Assembly (NCBI GenBank): GCA_052327205.1
Contig: JBMRGM010000043.1
Location: forward strand, 25,358,001 to 25,422,000
DNA length: 64,000 nucleotides
Direction: 5' to 3'
Source: Somniosus microcephalus
Lineage: Eukaryota
Positions 12,361-24,377 of the stretch are shown here, piece by piece (position 1 is the first letter of the stretch; each line of letters starts with the position of its first letter). The notes below the pieces were generated by a model that searched no databases, was not told the origin of the DNA, and saw only the letters and a list, made by a program, of their open reading frames with translations. The translations under genes were made by a program, and so were the position numbers.

Positions 12361-13295
12361 TTGCAGTGGCCTCCCATTGTAAACCCCACCGGTTAGTTGC
12401 TTCCTGGTGTATGACTAGCGACTAATTCGACATGGAGCATTTCATACCATCCTGCAAATATCAAGTTACACCCCTGAGCATAAAACATGTGCCCAATGCG
12501 ATGCCGCCCCTTTTGCCCGTCTGTCCCAGGCAGATTTAAACCGTAAACCAGAAACGTTAGTTTGAACTGATATTCAGAAGGTTAGAACTAACTTTTTCAA
12601 GGGCAATTGGGGATGGGGAACAAATGCTGGTCTTGCCAGCGACGCCCACACCCAGTGAATGAATAAAATTTCCACAGAACTGACGGTACGACACAAGGAC
12701 AATTCTGAATTAAGAGTTTTCATGATTCCCTTTACAGCTTACCTGAGCTTTAATTTTGAACTTGAACTTGCTGAATTATTTCCTGGGAGGGGAATTCGGG
12801 AAGCAGTTTGGGAAATTAGGTCCAAGGTGGCTAAAATTTATTGCACTGATGGAGGAGCGATTGGAACTGGAAACCCAATAGGCCACAATCAAAGAGCTGA
12901 AGGATGCAATGATATGGTTAAATTTAGGGGAGATATTTCAGAAAGCAGGCGAATACGAGGACATGCAATTCAAATTTGATACAATGGCGGCTTTGGATCC
13001 AGATGGTAAAAACATGGGCAAGGAGAATTTAGTGCAGATCAGAGCTATTTGGATCATCTGGAGTTTGTAGATCGTGGATGTTGGGTCCAGAAAGGAAGGC
13101 GTTGTAATAATGGAATCTCGAGATGAGAAATCCATGGATTATTGTTTTATGATGGAAGGGCTGTGGTGGAGCTGGAGGGAGTCAATTGACTGCCAATCTA
13201 AAATGTATTGTTAATGATACACTTGGCGATAGATTGAATCAGTATTACTTGAAACGTTGTTATGTTGTTAATGGGATATGTTTAATTGATTCCAG

Positions 13296-13397
13296 TGCAG
13301 ATTCACACAACCGCGATCAGAGCCTCCATTCTTACACTTTTTCTTATCAGTGCCCTCATTGCATTGGTTTCGGTCAATCTTCCCACCAAGAAACAAG
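13296..13397 (+). CDS. Gene B transmembrane exon (VQIHTTAIRASILTLFLISALIALVSVNLPTKKQ)
   Basis: ttccag|102 nt|gtgagt, open, phase 1-1; paralog 52732-52833. Confidence 0.8.
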
Positions 13398-14997
13398 GTG
13401 AGTCATGTTTTAGAGGCAGGTGATTGGCTCTATAGTCACGTGAATAGATTCAATATATTCCATATTTAATTGCCACATTCAAATTGTCAACATATGTTTT
13501 GGGAAAGAGACGAGTAGTCTGGGCTGGAGAAAGCAAAGGTTGCTTGCAATGATTAGTTCAGAACAGACAGGAGCTCAACTATGGGGTGAATTTGCTCGGT
13601 TAAGCGAATGTGTTCCCCTGTGTGCTGTAGAGATTCGAGTATCTCTGGTAAACAGGATCGAGTGCAAAACAATATGGTGGATTTACCATGTTTAATTGGA
13701 GTTTAGCACGGAATATAACAAACTAGGAATGCAGCAAAAACATATGTCTGTGACAAGCAGCTGGTATCAGACCTGATCAGATAGACGGCTGGCGTGCGTG
13801 AACAGTTCTCTGTCTTCCTGCCTTTCTCTCTCTCTCTCTGGGGCCTTCGATGGAGAGTGTGGGATCACTCTCAAATGAGTGTTCGACCAGCTTAACGTCT
13901 CATTGCAACTTCAGCTCGGCTTTCCCCTCCACCGTCTGCGCAGGCAAGCACTCGAGGTGTCACTTTCATTCTCTTTGTAGAGGTGGACCTGAGGCCAAGT
14001 CATTGACAAGACCATTGAATCTATAAGGATTCCTCTGATGACTTCTTACCCTGTAACACGTGAGGTTCTTCATCCAATTGGTCCTATTTTTTAATCTATT
14101 TGAAGGTTCTTCCTTTGTAATTTGTGTTTTCACTCTCTTGTCTCTTTCCTCCTTGACCCAGCATGTACAAGGCCCGACACAATCCCTCTTGTTCATGGCC
14201 CCAGCCAAAGCTGTCACACATTCACCAGTCGCTATTTCACCTTCATCTAGCAAACGGCCCATTCTAAGATGGATACTTCAGCCTCCTCAAATTGCTTTCA
14301 TTCTATATCTTTTCCTAATTAACATTTCATTATCTTCGCAAGCAGTTCTGCTAAACAAACTCCAAATTCTATCTGTAGAGTTTACAATATGGTTTTTAGT
14401 AACAATGGATGAAACAAAGGTTGGGCCTTCACTGTCCAAATTAACAAATTCAAAACCCTAAATTACATACAACAGATATAGCAGGCCTGGCAGGGCGATC
14501 CTATGGACCACTGTGTGGAATGTTTATGCCTCACCTAAACCAACTGATTAAATTCATTGTCTCAATTTATAAGGCACGTTTTCCATGAAAAGGTAACTTC
14601 ATCAATCACTCACTTCTCTCAAGCCGAAACATTCAATCATTTAAACACAGTATTATTGGTGTAGCCATATACATTTTCAGGCAGCCCTAGTCTTTAACAG
14701 TGCTTTTCAGAATAGGTATGCATCTGGGCAAGGGGCAGAACAATAAGTGGCAGCATCACTCGTGGTTAGTGTAAGGAGGTGATGTGACTTAAAGGATTTG
14801 TAATGCATTTGATGGTAATATCTTAAAGGTTTCGGATGTCTTTTCTGTATTGTTTCTGTATTAATAATTTATGTAATGTACGTATGTAAATATTTAGAAT
14901 TGAGATGAATGAATATGTTTGCTGTTAAACAAAGCCAACTGTACAACAATGTTTACAGGACAAGTTGCTGAATTATGTTTCTTCCTATTTCATGCAG

Positions 14998-15028
14998 ACA
15001 TTTCTTCAAGAATTTTAAAACAAATGGG
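14998..15028 (+). CDS. Gene B cytoplasmic exon 1 (DISSRILKQM)
   Basis: atgcag|31 nt|gtaaat; paralog 53359-53389. Confidence 0.75.
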
Positions 15029-15123
15029 GTAAATCCGAGAATTTTTTATATGAATAAGGCATAGTAATATCCCTGAATATAGTCAGTCTCCGTATAGCTG
15101 AAGTAAACACGGTTAATATTTGT

Positions 15124-15305
15124 GGGGCAGATTTTCAAGTTTCATTGAGTTTAACTCTGGCCTAGGTATCAACTGCCTGTTATAGAAAGTGCCTCATTTT
15201 ATTTCATTTGCATTCAATGGGATTGACAGACTTTGGCTTTCTACAACGGGTGTTGGTTCTGCGATGCCACTTTTAAGCCTGGGTGGCAAGTTGAAAATAT
15301 GCCCC
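15124..15305. mobile_element. Short MITE
   Basis: Terminal inverted repeats ggggcagattttcaa / ttgaaaatatgcccc (14/15 match). Confidence 0.6.
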
Positions 15306-15888
15306 TTTGGCTATAGGCCTCAGTAGTAGCTAGCACTCACACTATTATACTCTCTGCAGTCCGTAAGAAGTGATCTCTTTTCTGATTTATGTCAGTTGCA
15401 CCTGGCCTCTCTAGCCTAAACAGAGTGATGGTGCAGTAAAAGGGACGACTACAAATCGTTTTACAGTCCGCACGAAATTAGATTCCAGTGACTTGTGAAC
15501 GATTTTGTGAAGAAGACATTATACCCCAAACTCTTCCATCACTTAGTGAACTTGGCCATTCGTCAATCCTCACATTTAATCCTCATGTAAATCACAGGGA
15601 ACTGAAGCATTCTCGGATTTAGTGTGCAGGGCGATTGTGCATGTATTTAATTTTAGTAACATTCACAGAGTGACTATCTCAGACAGTGCTCCATTTAACT
15701 AAACAAGCGTTTCTGGATACAGTTCCAAATTTAATAGCCTTGAACCCCTTTGTTGGGAGGGAATATCTCGTCCCCTTGTGAAGCCAATCGCATTTTATTG
15801 TTCGACTCTACTATGCTGGATCTATTTCCACATGTGTTTCAACCTCTTACTGAAAGTTGCTTGAACTTCTGATATGCTTCCATGGCCC

Positions 15889-18800
15889 TGTGATGAAATA
15901 ACTCTGTGTTCTGGTATTTGTATTGTTGTTGTTGTTGTTGTTGTACTTGAACTTGTAATGTCTGGAATGTTCCACCGGAGGGAACCACTAATGCTCCTCC
16001 CTGGCCCCGCCCCTCTTCTGGTATGTTCTACCAAGGGCTCGGTCCATGATGAACTCTGTTAACTCTGCCATGATTCTTTACTTAATAAAAGCCTTCAGCC
16101 TTAAGCTTTAACTTCACGGATTCGGGCAGTTATTTGGCACATCACTTTTATTAAGTAACAACTTTTGGAAGATGGATCAATTTTTGAAACCAGAGTTTCT
16201 GGATATCGATCCGCATTCGGCAGATGCGTCGAAGAAATTTACGCATTGGCTGTGATGTTTTGAACACTTTATCGCTTCGTTCGATTCGACGGTTAACAAG
16301 TTGGGTCTTCTAACCAACTTGGTAAGTCATCAAACTTACTCTATAATTGAAGATATTACTACATATGAAGAGGCCCTCGCAGCTCTTAAAGCCCAGTTCC
16401 TTAAGTCGGTTAATGAAGTATACGCCAGGTATCTCCTGTCTACTCGCAGGCAATTACCCGAGGAAACTCTGGACGATTTCCTGCAGGACCTTAAGGCTTT
16501 GGCTAAGGGTTGCAACTACAAGGCTGTCTCTGCCATAGTGTATCAGGAAGAAGCCATCCGCGATTCTTTCATATCTGGCCTCCGATCTAATTATATTAGA
16601 CAGAGACTCCTCGAGAACGACTCGTTAGTTTTAAAAACGGTCGTCGCTGCTGCTCGATTGTTAGATGTAGCCCAGAAGAATTCAGAAGTGTATGCATCAG
16701 CCCATGCATCTCTCTCAGCCTCGTGTGTTCCGAGTATGGAGGCATCTATAACACCAATGGAGCCCCCACTTAATCCTATTGTTGCGGCTGTGCCCCATGG
16801 GTCTAAGTGTTATTTTTGTGGCCAATCGAAACACCCCAGGCAAAGTTGCCCAGCCAGAGAGGCTACCTGTTTTAAATGTAAGAAACGGGGACATTTTAGT
16901 AAAGTGTGTAAGGGTAATCCTGTATCCGAGCTCTTCTCTGCTGCCACCTATCTTTTTACTCTAGCCTCGGCTACGGTTGACCAGACCATACCGTGTTCCT
17001 TGTCAAAATCTATGATGGACATCAAGATTAATGGTCGTCCTACTGGGTGTTTGATAGACTGTGGCAGTACTGAAAGTTTTATACACCCCAACCTTGTTAA
17101 CTCCTGTTCGTTAAAGGTGTATCCTACTTGAAGAGAAATTGTGATGGCGTCTAAATCCCTTACTTCGGAGGTAACTGGTTATTGTAATGTCACATTGACC
17201 GTTAAGGATACGGAGTATAAGGACTTTAAACTCCTCATATTACCTCAGTTGTGTGTGAACTTAATGTTAGGCTTGGACTTCCAGTGTCAGCATGAGAGTG
17301 TTACCCTTAAGTATGGTGGATCTCAGCCTCCACTCACAGTCTGCGGCCTTTCTACTTTAAACGTAAGTCCGGCTTATTTGTTTGCGAACCTTGCTCCTAA
17401 TTGTAGACCTATAGCGACTAAGTGTCGATGATATAGTTCAGAAGATAAAACATTTATAAAAGAGGAAGTGGAAAGGCTTCAACGGGAGGGAATCATCGAA
17501 CACAGTGGTAGCCCGTGGCGTGCCCAGGTGGTGGTGGTTAAAACTAATGAGAAGAAAAGACTTGTGTTCGATTATAACCAGACTATAAACTTGTATACCC
17601 AATTAGACGCCTTTCCTTTGCCTCGCATTTCTGAGATCGTGAACCAGATAGCTCAGTACCGCGTGTTCTCCACCATGGATTTATAGTCTGCCTACCATCA
17701 ACTCCCCATCAAAATAGAAGACCGACCTTATACGGCCTTCGAAGCTAATGGGCGCCTGTACTAATTCCTTTGGGTGCCATTTGGAGTGACGAATGGGGTA
17801 TCCGTCTTCCAATGGGAGATGGATCGTATGATGGATGAATATGCATTGGAAGCAACATTCCCGTACCTGGGCAATGTTACCATCTGTGGGCGTGACCAAC
17901 GGGAGCATGATCAAAATCTTGCGATGTTCCTAGAGACTGCAAAGAGGTTAAACCTGACCGACAATGAAAACAAATGTACCTTCAATACTACACGTTTGTG
18001 TATTCTTGGTTGTGTTGTGGAGAATGGGGTAATCGGGCCAGACCCTGAAAGATTACGCCCACTTAAGGAATTACCTTTACCTCACACTGTAAATGCTTTA
18101 AGAAGGTGTCTGGGATTCTTCTCGTACTATGCCCAGTGGGTGGCTAGCTGTTCAGATAAAGTCCGAACTCTTATTAAGTCGACGTCTTTTCCGCTATCGG
18201 CGGAAGCTCAGGAGGCTTTCCTTAATATCAAACGGGACATTGAGAAGGCAGTGGTATGTGCCGTGGATGAGAAGCTCCCTTTTCAAGTGGAAAGAGATGC
18301 ATCTGATTTTGCGTTGGCAGCAACTCTTAACCAAGCTCGTAGACCAGTAGCTTTCTTCTCTCGTTCATTGCAAGGACCAGAAGTTCGACATTCTTCAGTG
18401 GAAAAGCAGGCACAGGCGATTATCGAAGCAGTCAGGTATTGGAGACATTATCTCGCTGGCCAACGTTTTACGCTCATTACTGACCAGCGATCCGTGGCCT
18501 TTATGTTCAACACTAAGCAGAGAGGCAAGATCAAAAATGATAAGATTTTAAGATGGCGAATAGAACTGTCAACATATGACTGTGATATTCAGTACAGGCC
18601 TGGAGTATTTAATGATCCATCGGATGCTTTGTCACGAGGAGTATGTGCTAGTCTAGGTACAGACATGCTTCAAAGTCTCCACGATGCACTCTGCCACCCT
18701 GGGGTTACCAGAATGAACCACTTCATTAAGTCCCACAATCTACCCTACTCTATTGAGGAGGTCCGCACAATGACCAGAACCTGTCATGTTTGTGCTGAAT

Positions 18801-19995
18801 GCAAACCCCGCTTCTATAAGCCGTCCGAGCCAGCTCATCTTATTAAAGCAACTCGACCACTTGAGCGTTTGAGTCTCGATTTTAAAGGTCCCCTTCCATC
18901 GAGCGACCGTAATGTCTTTTTTCTTAATATTATAGACGAGTACTCTCGGTTCCATTTTGTTAACCCCTGTTCGGATGTGACTAGTGCTGTTGTAATTAAA
19001 TGCCTCTGCCAACTGTTTTCCTTGTTCGGCATGCCTAACTATATACATAGTGATAGGGGTTCTTCCTTTATGAGCGAAGAATTACGACAGTTTTTGCTAT
19101 CGAAGGGGATTGCAACGAGTAGAACTACCAGCTATAACCCTCGTAGTAATGGGCAGGTCGAGAAAGAAAATGCGACAGTTTGGAAGGCTATCGTACTGTC
19201 TCTGAAGTCATGAGGCCTGCCAACCTCTCGCTGGCAGGATGTCCTGCCAGACGTGCTGCATTCCATAAGGTCTCTTTTGTGTACAGCGTCGAATGCCACC
19301 CCTCATGAAAGGATGTTTAGTTTTCCAAGAAAAGCTACTAATGGAGTATCGTTACCCACATGGTTGACGACCACGGGCCCTGTGTTGTTGCACAGGCATG
19401 TGAGAGGCCACAAGACTGATCCACTGGTGGAGGAAGTACAACTCCTCCATGCTAATCCCCAGTATGCGTATATTCAATATTCGGATGGGCGAGAGGATAC
19501 GGTCTCTATTAAAGATCTTGCACCTGCTGGAGCTCGAAAACAGTTCGACTCTGAGAGTAGAGTTTTCAATCGTGGTATTGGACCTTCAGAGACACAAACC
19601 CTCAGTGTGGAAAATACTGATGATTCTGGGAATTCGAATGAACGGGAGGTAGTACTCCGGGAGGAGCCTCAGCAAGAGTTACGTCATTCCCAGAGGATTA
19701 TCAGACCTCCTGACAGACTGAATCTATAGCAGGGGGTGAATGTGATGAAATAACTCTGTGTTCTGGTATTTGTATTGCTGTTGTTGTTGTTGTTGTACTT
19801 GTACTTGTAATGTCTGGAATGTTCCACCGGGGGGAACCACTAATGCTCCTCCCTGGCCCCGCCCCTCTTCTGGTATGTTCTACCAAGGGCTCGGTCGATG
19901 ATGAACTCTGTTAACTCTGCCATGATTCTTACTTAATAAAAGCCTTCAGTCTTAAGCTTTAACTTCATGGATTCAGGCAGTTATTTGGCACATCA
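15889..19995 (+). mobile_element. Full-length Ty3/Gypsy LTR retrotransposon (decayed), in a gene B intron
   Basis: LTRs 15889-16144 and 19741-19995 (TG…CA; 7 substitutions + 1 indel counted); 5-bp TSD GGCCC; PPT agggggtgaa. Confidence 0.97.
16172..19729 (+). pseudogene. gag-pol (CCHC knuckles, protease LIDCGS, RT, RNase H, integrase) in one frame broken by in-frame stops
   Basis: ORFs 16301, 17141, 17468, 17774 and 19253 share one frame; stops near 16253, 17129, 17429, 17684, 17762 and 19211. Confidence 0.92.
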
Positions 19996-21528
19996 GGCCC
20001 TCAATTTGAAACTGTAGTAGTCTTTTGTTGAGCTTCGGTATAAAAACACATCTGTATACACATTCCCCAAAATACTCTAACTCCTTTCAAGGCTCTGCCT
20101 CCCTGGTTTTGGAACTAACCTAGTGACCCAGCCGTAATATTCAAGAAGAGTCTTGTATGTTTTTTAGTTAAAATGATGAAAAAACTGTACTCACTGCGCC
20201 AGATGCGGGACATCTGCTGGGCAGAGCAGAGAAAGAAAGATCTGGTGGGAAGGATCTCTTGCTGAAAGCAGAAACGCTTGATTTCTGTTCCATTAAGTAC
20301 CGTGAAAGGAAAATCTGGCGTGTTGTGCAAAGGATTTGTGAACCTCTCCACCATATTCTCCTCTTTGCGTTCCTTCAACATGTATCTTAACAAACAAATG
20401 GCAGGAAAATGCACTTTACTCCACGGTCTTGCACCAATACCAACTAAAATTATAAGATGATCTCTCTTGATTTATACGTTACATGGCGATGTATCTCAAT
20501 ATTTTCTTCACTTTCCTAATTGACTTTCAACACTGCACCCGCTGTTTTTCCAAACTGATGCCCAAATATCAAAGATGCATTATTCCATTTATTCGGTATT
20601 GACATCTGCCTTCCAGTTAGGACACAATAATGTGAAGTTCATTTTATGGTGGAGTAGAAAACAGGTGCTAAGTGATCGCCGGCCAGTTTTACACATCGCC
20701 TGATTTTGTTTCCAAATTCGGCTGAAGTGTAAAACGAGCAGTTAATCCTCTAATGCCCACTTTCTGCTGGATGGTAAAAGTGAATATTATCATCAACTTT
20801 CCAACTTGCCGCTCCGACATAAACTGGCATTACTGGTCAGACATCCATTAGAGATAGCGTCCGATTTTCCTTTGAAATAATTTCGAAATTAGAAAAATGC
20901 GGCGAGTGCTGTTACTGGTCTTCGATTCCTCCACCAGATTTTTCATTTCTGTACTTGTCCCTGTTGATTCTTACTGCACAGGCAGTAATGTTGATCATAT
21001 ATACACCTCCAGCAGTCACTCTTAACAGTTAACAATCTTCAAGGATGAGCAGTATAACTTCATCTGGGGCCGCAGAGCACAGTGAGCACTAGTGAAACCA
21101 TATCGCATTATGGACTCCGCCAATTAGATTTTCCATAAATGTCAATGGTTCAAAAATGATCTGGAGGACTTTTAAATGGACACCCGATTCGCTACCTCTC
21201 GCTTTGAGCTGTCTTCAAGTAACAAATTCAACTCCAGTGAGTCAAGTTCAGTGAGCTCTGGAAAATATCAGTGAGGTCATTCAGGATCTGCTAAGTCAGC
21301 GACTTTAGGACCCTTGGGAGGAAAGTGCCAGAGCTCGGGCCCCGGTCTACCTTGAGCTTCTTCAACATGTCCAATTGATGTGCCCTTGCGATTTTAAAGA
21401 TTGGTCTCTTGTAAACTGCTTGCTGATTTTTGACAATTATTCTACTATTTCACGTTATTTAATAGTGATTTTTCCGTTGTCGGTGATTATTGTTAAACTT
21501 TCATCTCTGGAAACATTTCTGCACTAAG

Positions 21529-21620
21529 GGAGGCAACTGGAAATAGAGCTCGACCCCCGAGTGAAGAGAAGTCTGCAGACAATTCCGAGTATGAAGCTGT
21601 GGGATCAGCCCGAAGCACCG
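21529..21620 (+). CDS. Gene B cytoplasmic exon 2 (EATGNRARPPSEEKSADNSEYEAVGSARST)
   Basis: 92 nt, phase 2 to 1, gtaagc donor; same size as paralog 55353-55444; SEYEAV fits S-x-Y-x-x-V. Confidence 0.7.
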
Positions 21621-21999
21621 GTAAGCTCGACCTAATCTGCATGTGATGAACCGTAGATTGTTCAGGGTAACATTTCCATCGGGAGCTCTCTCAATACCGT
21701 TATGACTTCAGCAGAAATTCGGCGAAATCTCCAGAGAGATGAGCCATTCTGCAAGTTTTCCACCGAAATTCCACAGAAGTTATGACGAGACATTGGGAGA
21801 AGCCACATAGAAATTCTATTTCCTCATCTGCGTATAATCAACACAACCTAGCGTTAGATTTTCTCCTTCACTGTCTGGAATTTCAGCATCAATATCTATA
21901 ACACTTTCTCAAAGTCTATGTCAAGTCTATTTCTATGTCTCTGCCTATGTCTATGTCTGTGTCTATCTCGAGCTCTATGTCGAAATTTACATCTACCTC

Positions 22000-23105
22000 A
22001 AAAAGAAAATACTGCAGATGCTGGAAATCTGAAATAAGAACAGTAAATACTGGAGATACTCAGCAGGTCAGGCTGCATCTCTGATGAGAGAAACAGAGTT
22101 AACGTTTCAGGTCGATGACCTTTCATCAGTTGGAAAAAAGCAGGAAATGGAACAGATGTTTACGCAAATGTAGGGGCTAGGAAAGGGGGAGTGGATGAAA
22201 GAAGAAAAGGGAAGGTGTGTGACCAGATAGAAGGCGAGAGAGATTAAGAGACATTACGAGATATTCAAGGCGAGAGGGGATGGTAATGGGACAGGTTAAG
22301 AAACAAAGGATGGCTCTAGATGAAGTGTAAATTGCGCTGGCAGAATGGAACACAGCTGCCATGTGAGAGGGAAGAACAGAAGGTACAAACAAAACATGTG
22401 GATAAAAATATATATCTGATATTGGCTGAGGTTATGGTCTGAAATTGTTGAATTGTATGTTGAGTTTAGAAGGCTGTAAAGTACCTAATCGAAAGATGAG
22501 GTTCTGTTCCTCGAGCTTACGCTGAGCTTCCGTGGAACAAAACAAGAGGCCGAGGATGGTGAGGTCTGAGTGGAAATGGAGCAATGAATTAAAGTGACAG
22601 GCGACCAGAAGCTCAGGATCCCCCTTGCGGACTGAACAGAGGTCTTCCGCAAAGCGATCACCCAATCTGCGTTTGGTCTCCCAAATGTAGAGGAGACCAC
22701 ATCGTGGGCAGTGAATACAGTATACTAAATTCAAGAAGTAGAACTAAATCGCTGTTTCAGCTGGAAGGGGTGTTTGGGGCCCTGGATAGTGGGAAGTGGG
22801 GAGTTATAAGGGCATGTGTTGCAATTCCTGCGCTTGCACGGAGAGGTGCCGGGTGAAGGGGAAGGGTTGTTTGGGTTGATAGAGGAGGGGACCAGGGAGG
22901 GAGTCGTCCCTTCGGAATGCTGAAAGTGGAGGTGAGGGGATGATGTGTTTTATGGTGGGATCACGCTGGAGGTGGTGGACATGGTGGAGGATGATTCGTT
23001 GAATGTGGAGGTTGGTGGGGTGAAAGGTGAGGACAAGGGAAACTCTATTGTGCTTCTGGGAGGGAGGGGCAGGGGTGAGGGCAGAAGTGCGGGAGATAGA
23101 ATGGG
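22000..23105 (-). mobile_element. Penelope-like element 3' fragment (GIY-YIG endonuclease, terminal repeat)
   Basis: ORF NLVYCIHCPRCGLLYIWETKRRLGDRFAE… and VSLVLTFHPTNLHIQRIIL. Confidence 0.88.
22097..22131 (-). ncRNA. Minimal hammerhead ribozyme core in the Penelope terminal repeat
   Basis: Minus strand CTGATGA-A-AGGTC-ATC-GACCT-GAAAC-GTTA: both conserved core boxes plus stem II; stem I looks damaged. Confidence 0.6.
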
Positions 23106-23363
23106 CACGGTCTATATCTACCTCCATCACTATATCTATAACTATCTCCATGCCTATGTCTAGCTCTACCTTTATATCTCCATCTCTATCTCCACGTCCA
23201 ACTCTCTTATCTGTATCTCTCTGTGTATCTTAGTCTCTCTCATTCTAACTCTATCTATCTCTATTGCTCTAAATCTCTCTTTTTGCACCTATCTATCTCT
23301 ATCTCTCTATCTCTTTTACACTCGACCTATATCCATTTCTATCCCTATCTCTCCTATCTCTAT

Positions 23364-23950
23364 GGGCAAGTTTTCTGTTCGGAACCTTCCTTCGGACGGA
23401 GGCCTTATCTAAGGATTTATCTGCTGGCTCCGTAGTTACCTAGATTTCCGATCCGTGTCCTCTGTTCTACGAAATAAGCAGAAGCCCAGTTATCCCAGGG
23501 GAGCATGCGTTTTGTAAGCGTCCCCGGGATCACGTGGCCCATGGGGAACTAATCAAAGATGGGAAGCCCTCTTCACATTTTGAAAGGTCTCCAGGGGCAG
23601 ATCTTTCAAAAGAATGATTGGCGATCTCTTGAAAAACACAGTTAAACATTATTTTATTCATCACGTTTTAAAAATTAGTTAAAATGACATTAAATCAAAT
23701 ATTTTAAACAAAAATCCCAGGCAAAATATTTTGAAAGGTTTTCAGCAGGCACAATTTGGGCTGAAAGCTGAATTCTTCACCCGCAGATTTCCTTTTACCG
23801 GACAGGCAGAGGATTAAGAAAATTCTTGACAGATCGGAAGTGCTGGGTTTTAGTGCATGCGCATCACATGCCTGAAACCGGCACTTGCGAGGTCCCTACG
23901 GGTGAGTGCACAACTCGTACGGACCCGTGGGTGTGGGAAAAACCGGCCCC
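23364..23950. mobile_element. Non-autonomous DNA transposon (GGGC…GCCC ends)
   Basis: Imperfect TIRs; shares the gcatgcgc…aaaccggcactt motif with 40795-41554. Confidence 0.6.
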
Positions 23951-24377
23951 ATATCTCTAACACTATCTCAATGACCAAGTCTATGTCGAGCCTTCTTCTG
24001 TATATTTGTCTATGTCTATGTCTGTGTCTATCTCGAGCTCGATGTGGATATCAATGTCTATCTCCATCACCATGACTATAACTATCTCCATGTCTATCTC
24101 TAGCTCTACCTATACATCTCTATCTGTATCTCTGCCCCTGTCTACCTATCCTATCTATAGCTCTTTGTATATCACAGTCTCTCTCATTCTATCTGAACCT
24201 CTCACTCTAAATCTCTCTCTCTCTATTCCTCTAACTCTATATCTCTAATGTACCTATTTAACTCTATCTCTCTATCTCTATATCACTCTCTGTATCTCTC
24301 TATATCTGTCTATATCCATTTAAATTTCTAACTCTACTATCCCTTTGTATATCCAAGTCTCTCTCTCTATACATTTA

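Noticed and set aside
14060-14461. 133-aa hydrophobic ORF in a gene B intron
   Set aside because: No Ig cysteine pattern, no counterpart in gene C and no convincing splice sites
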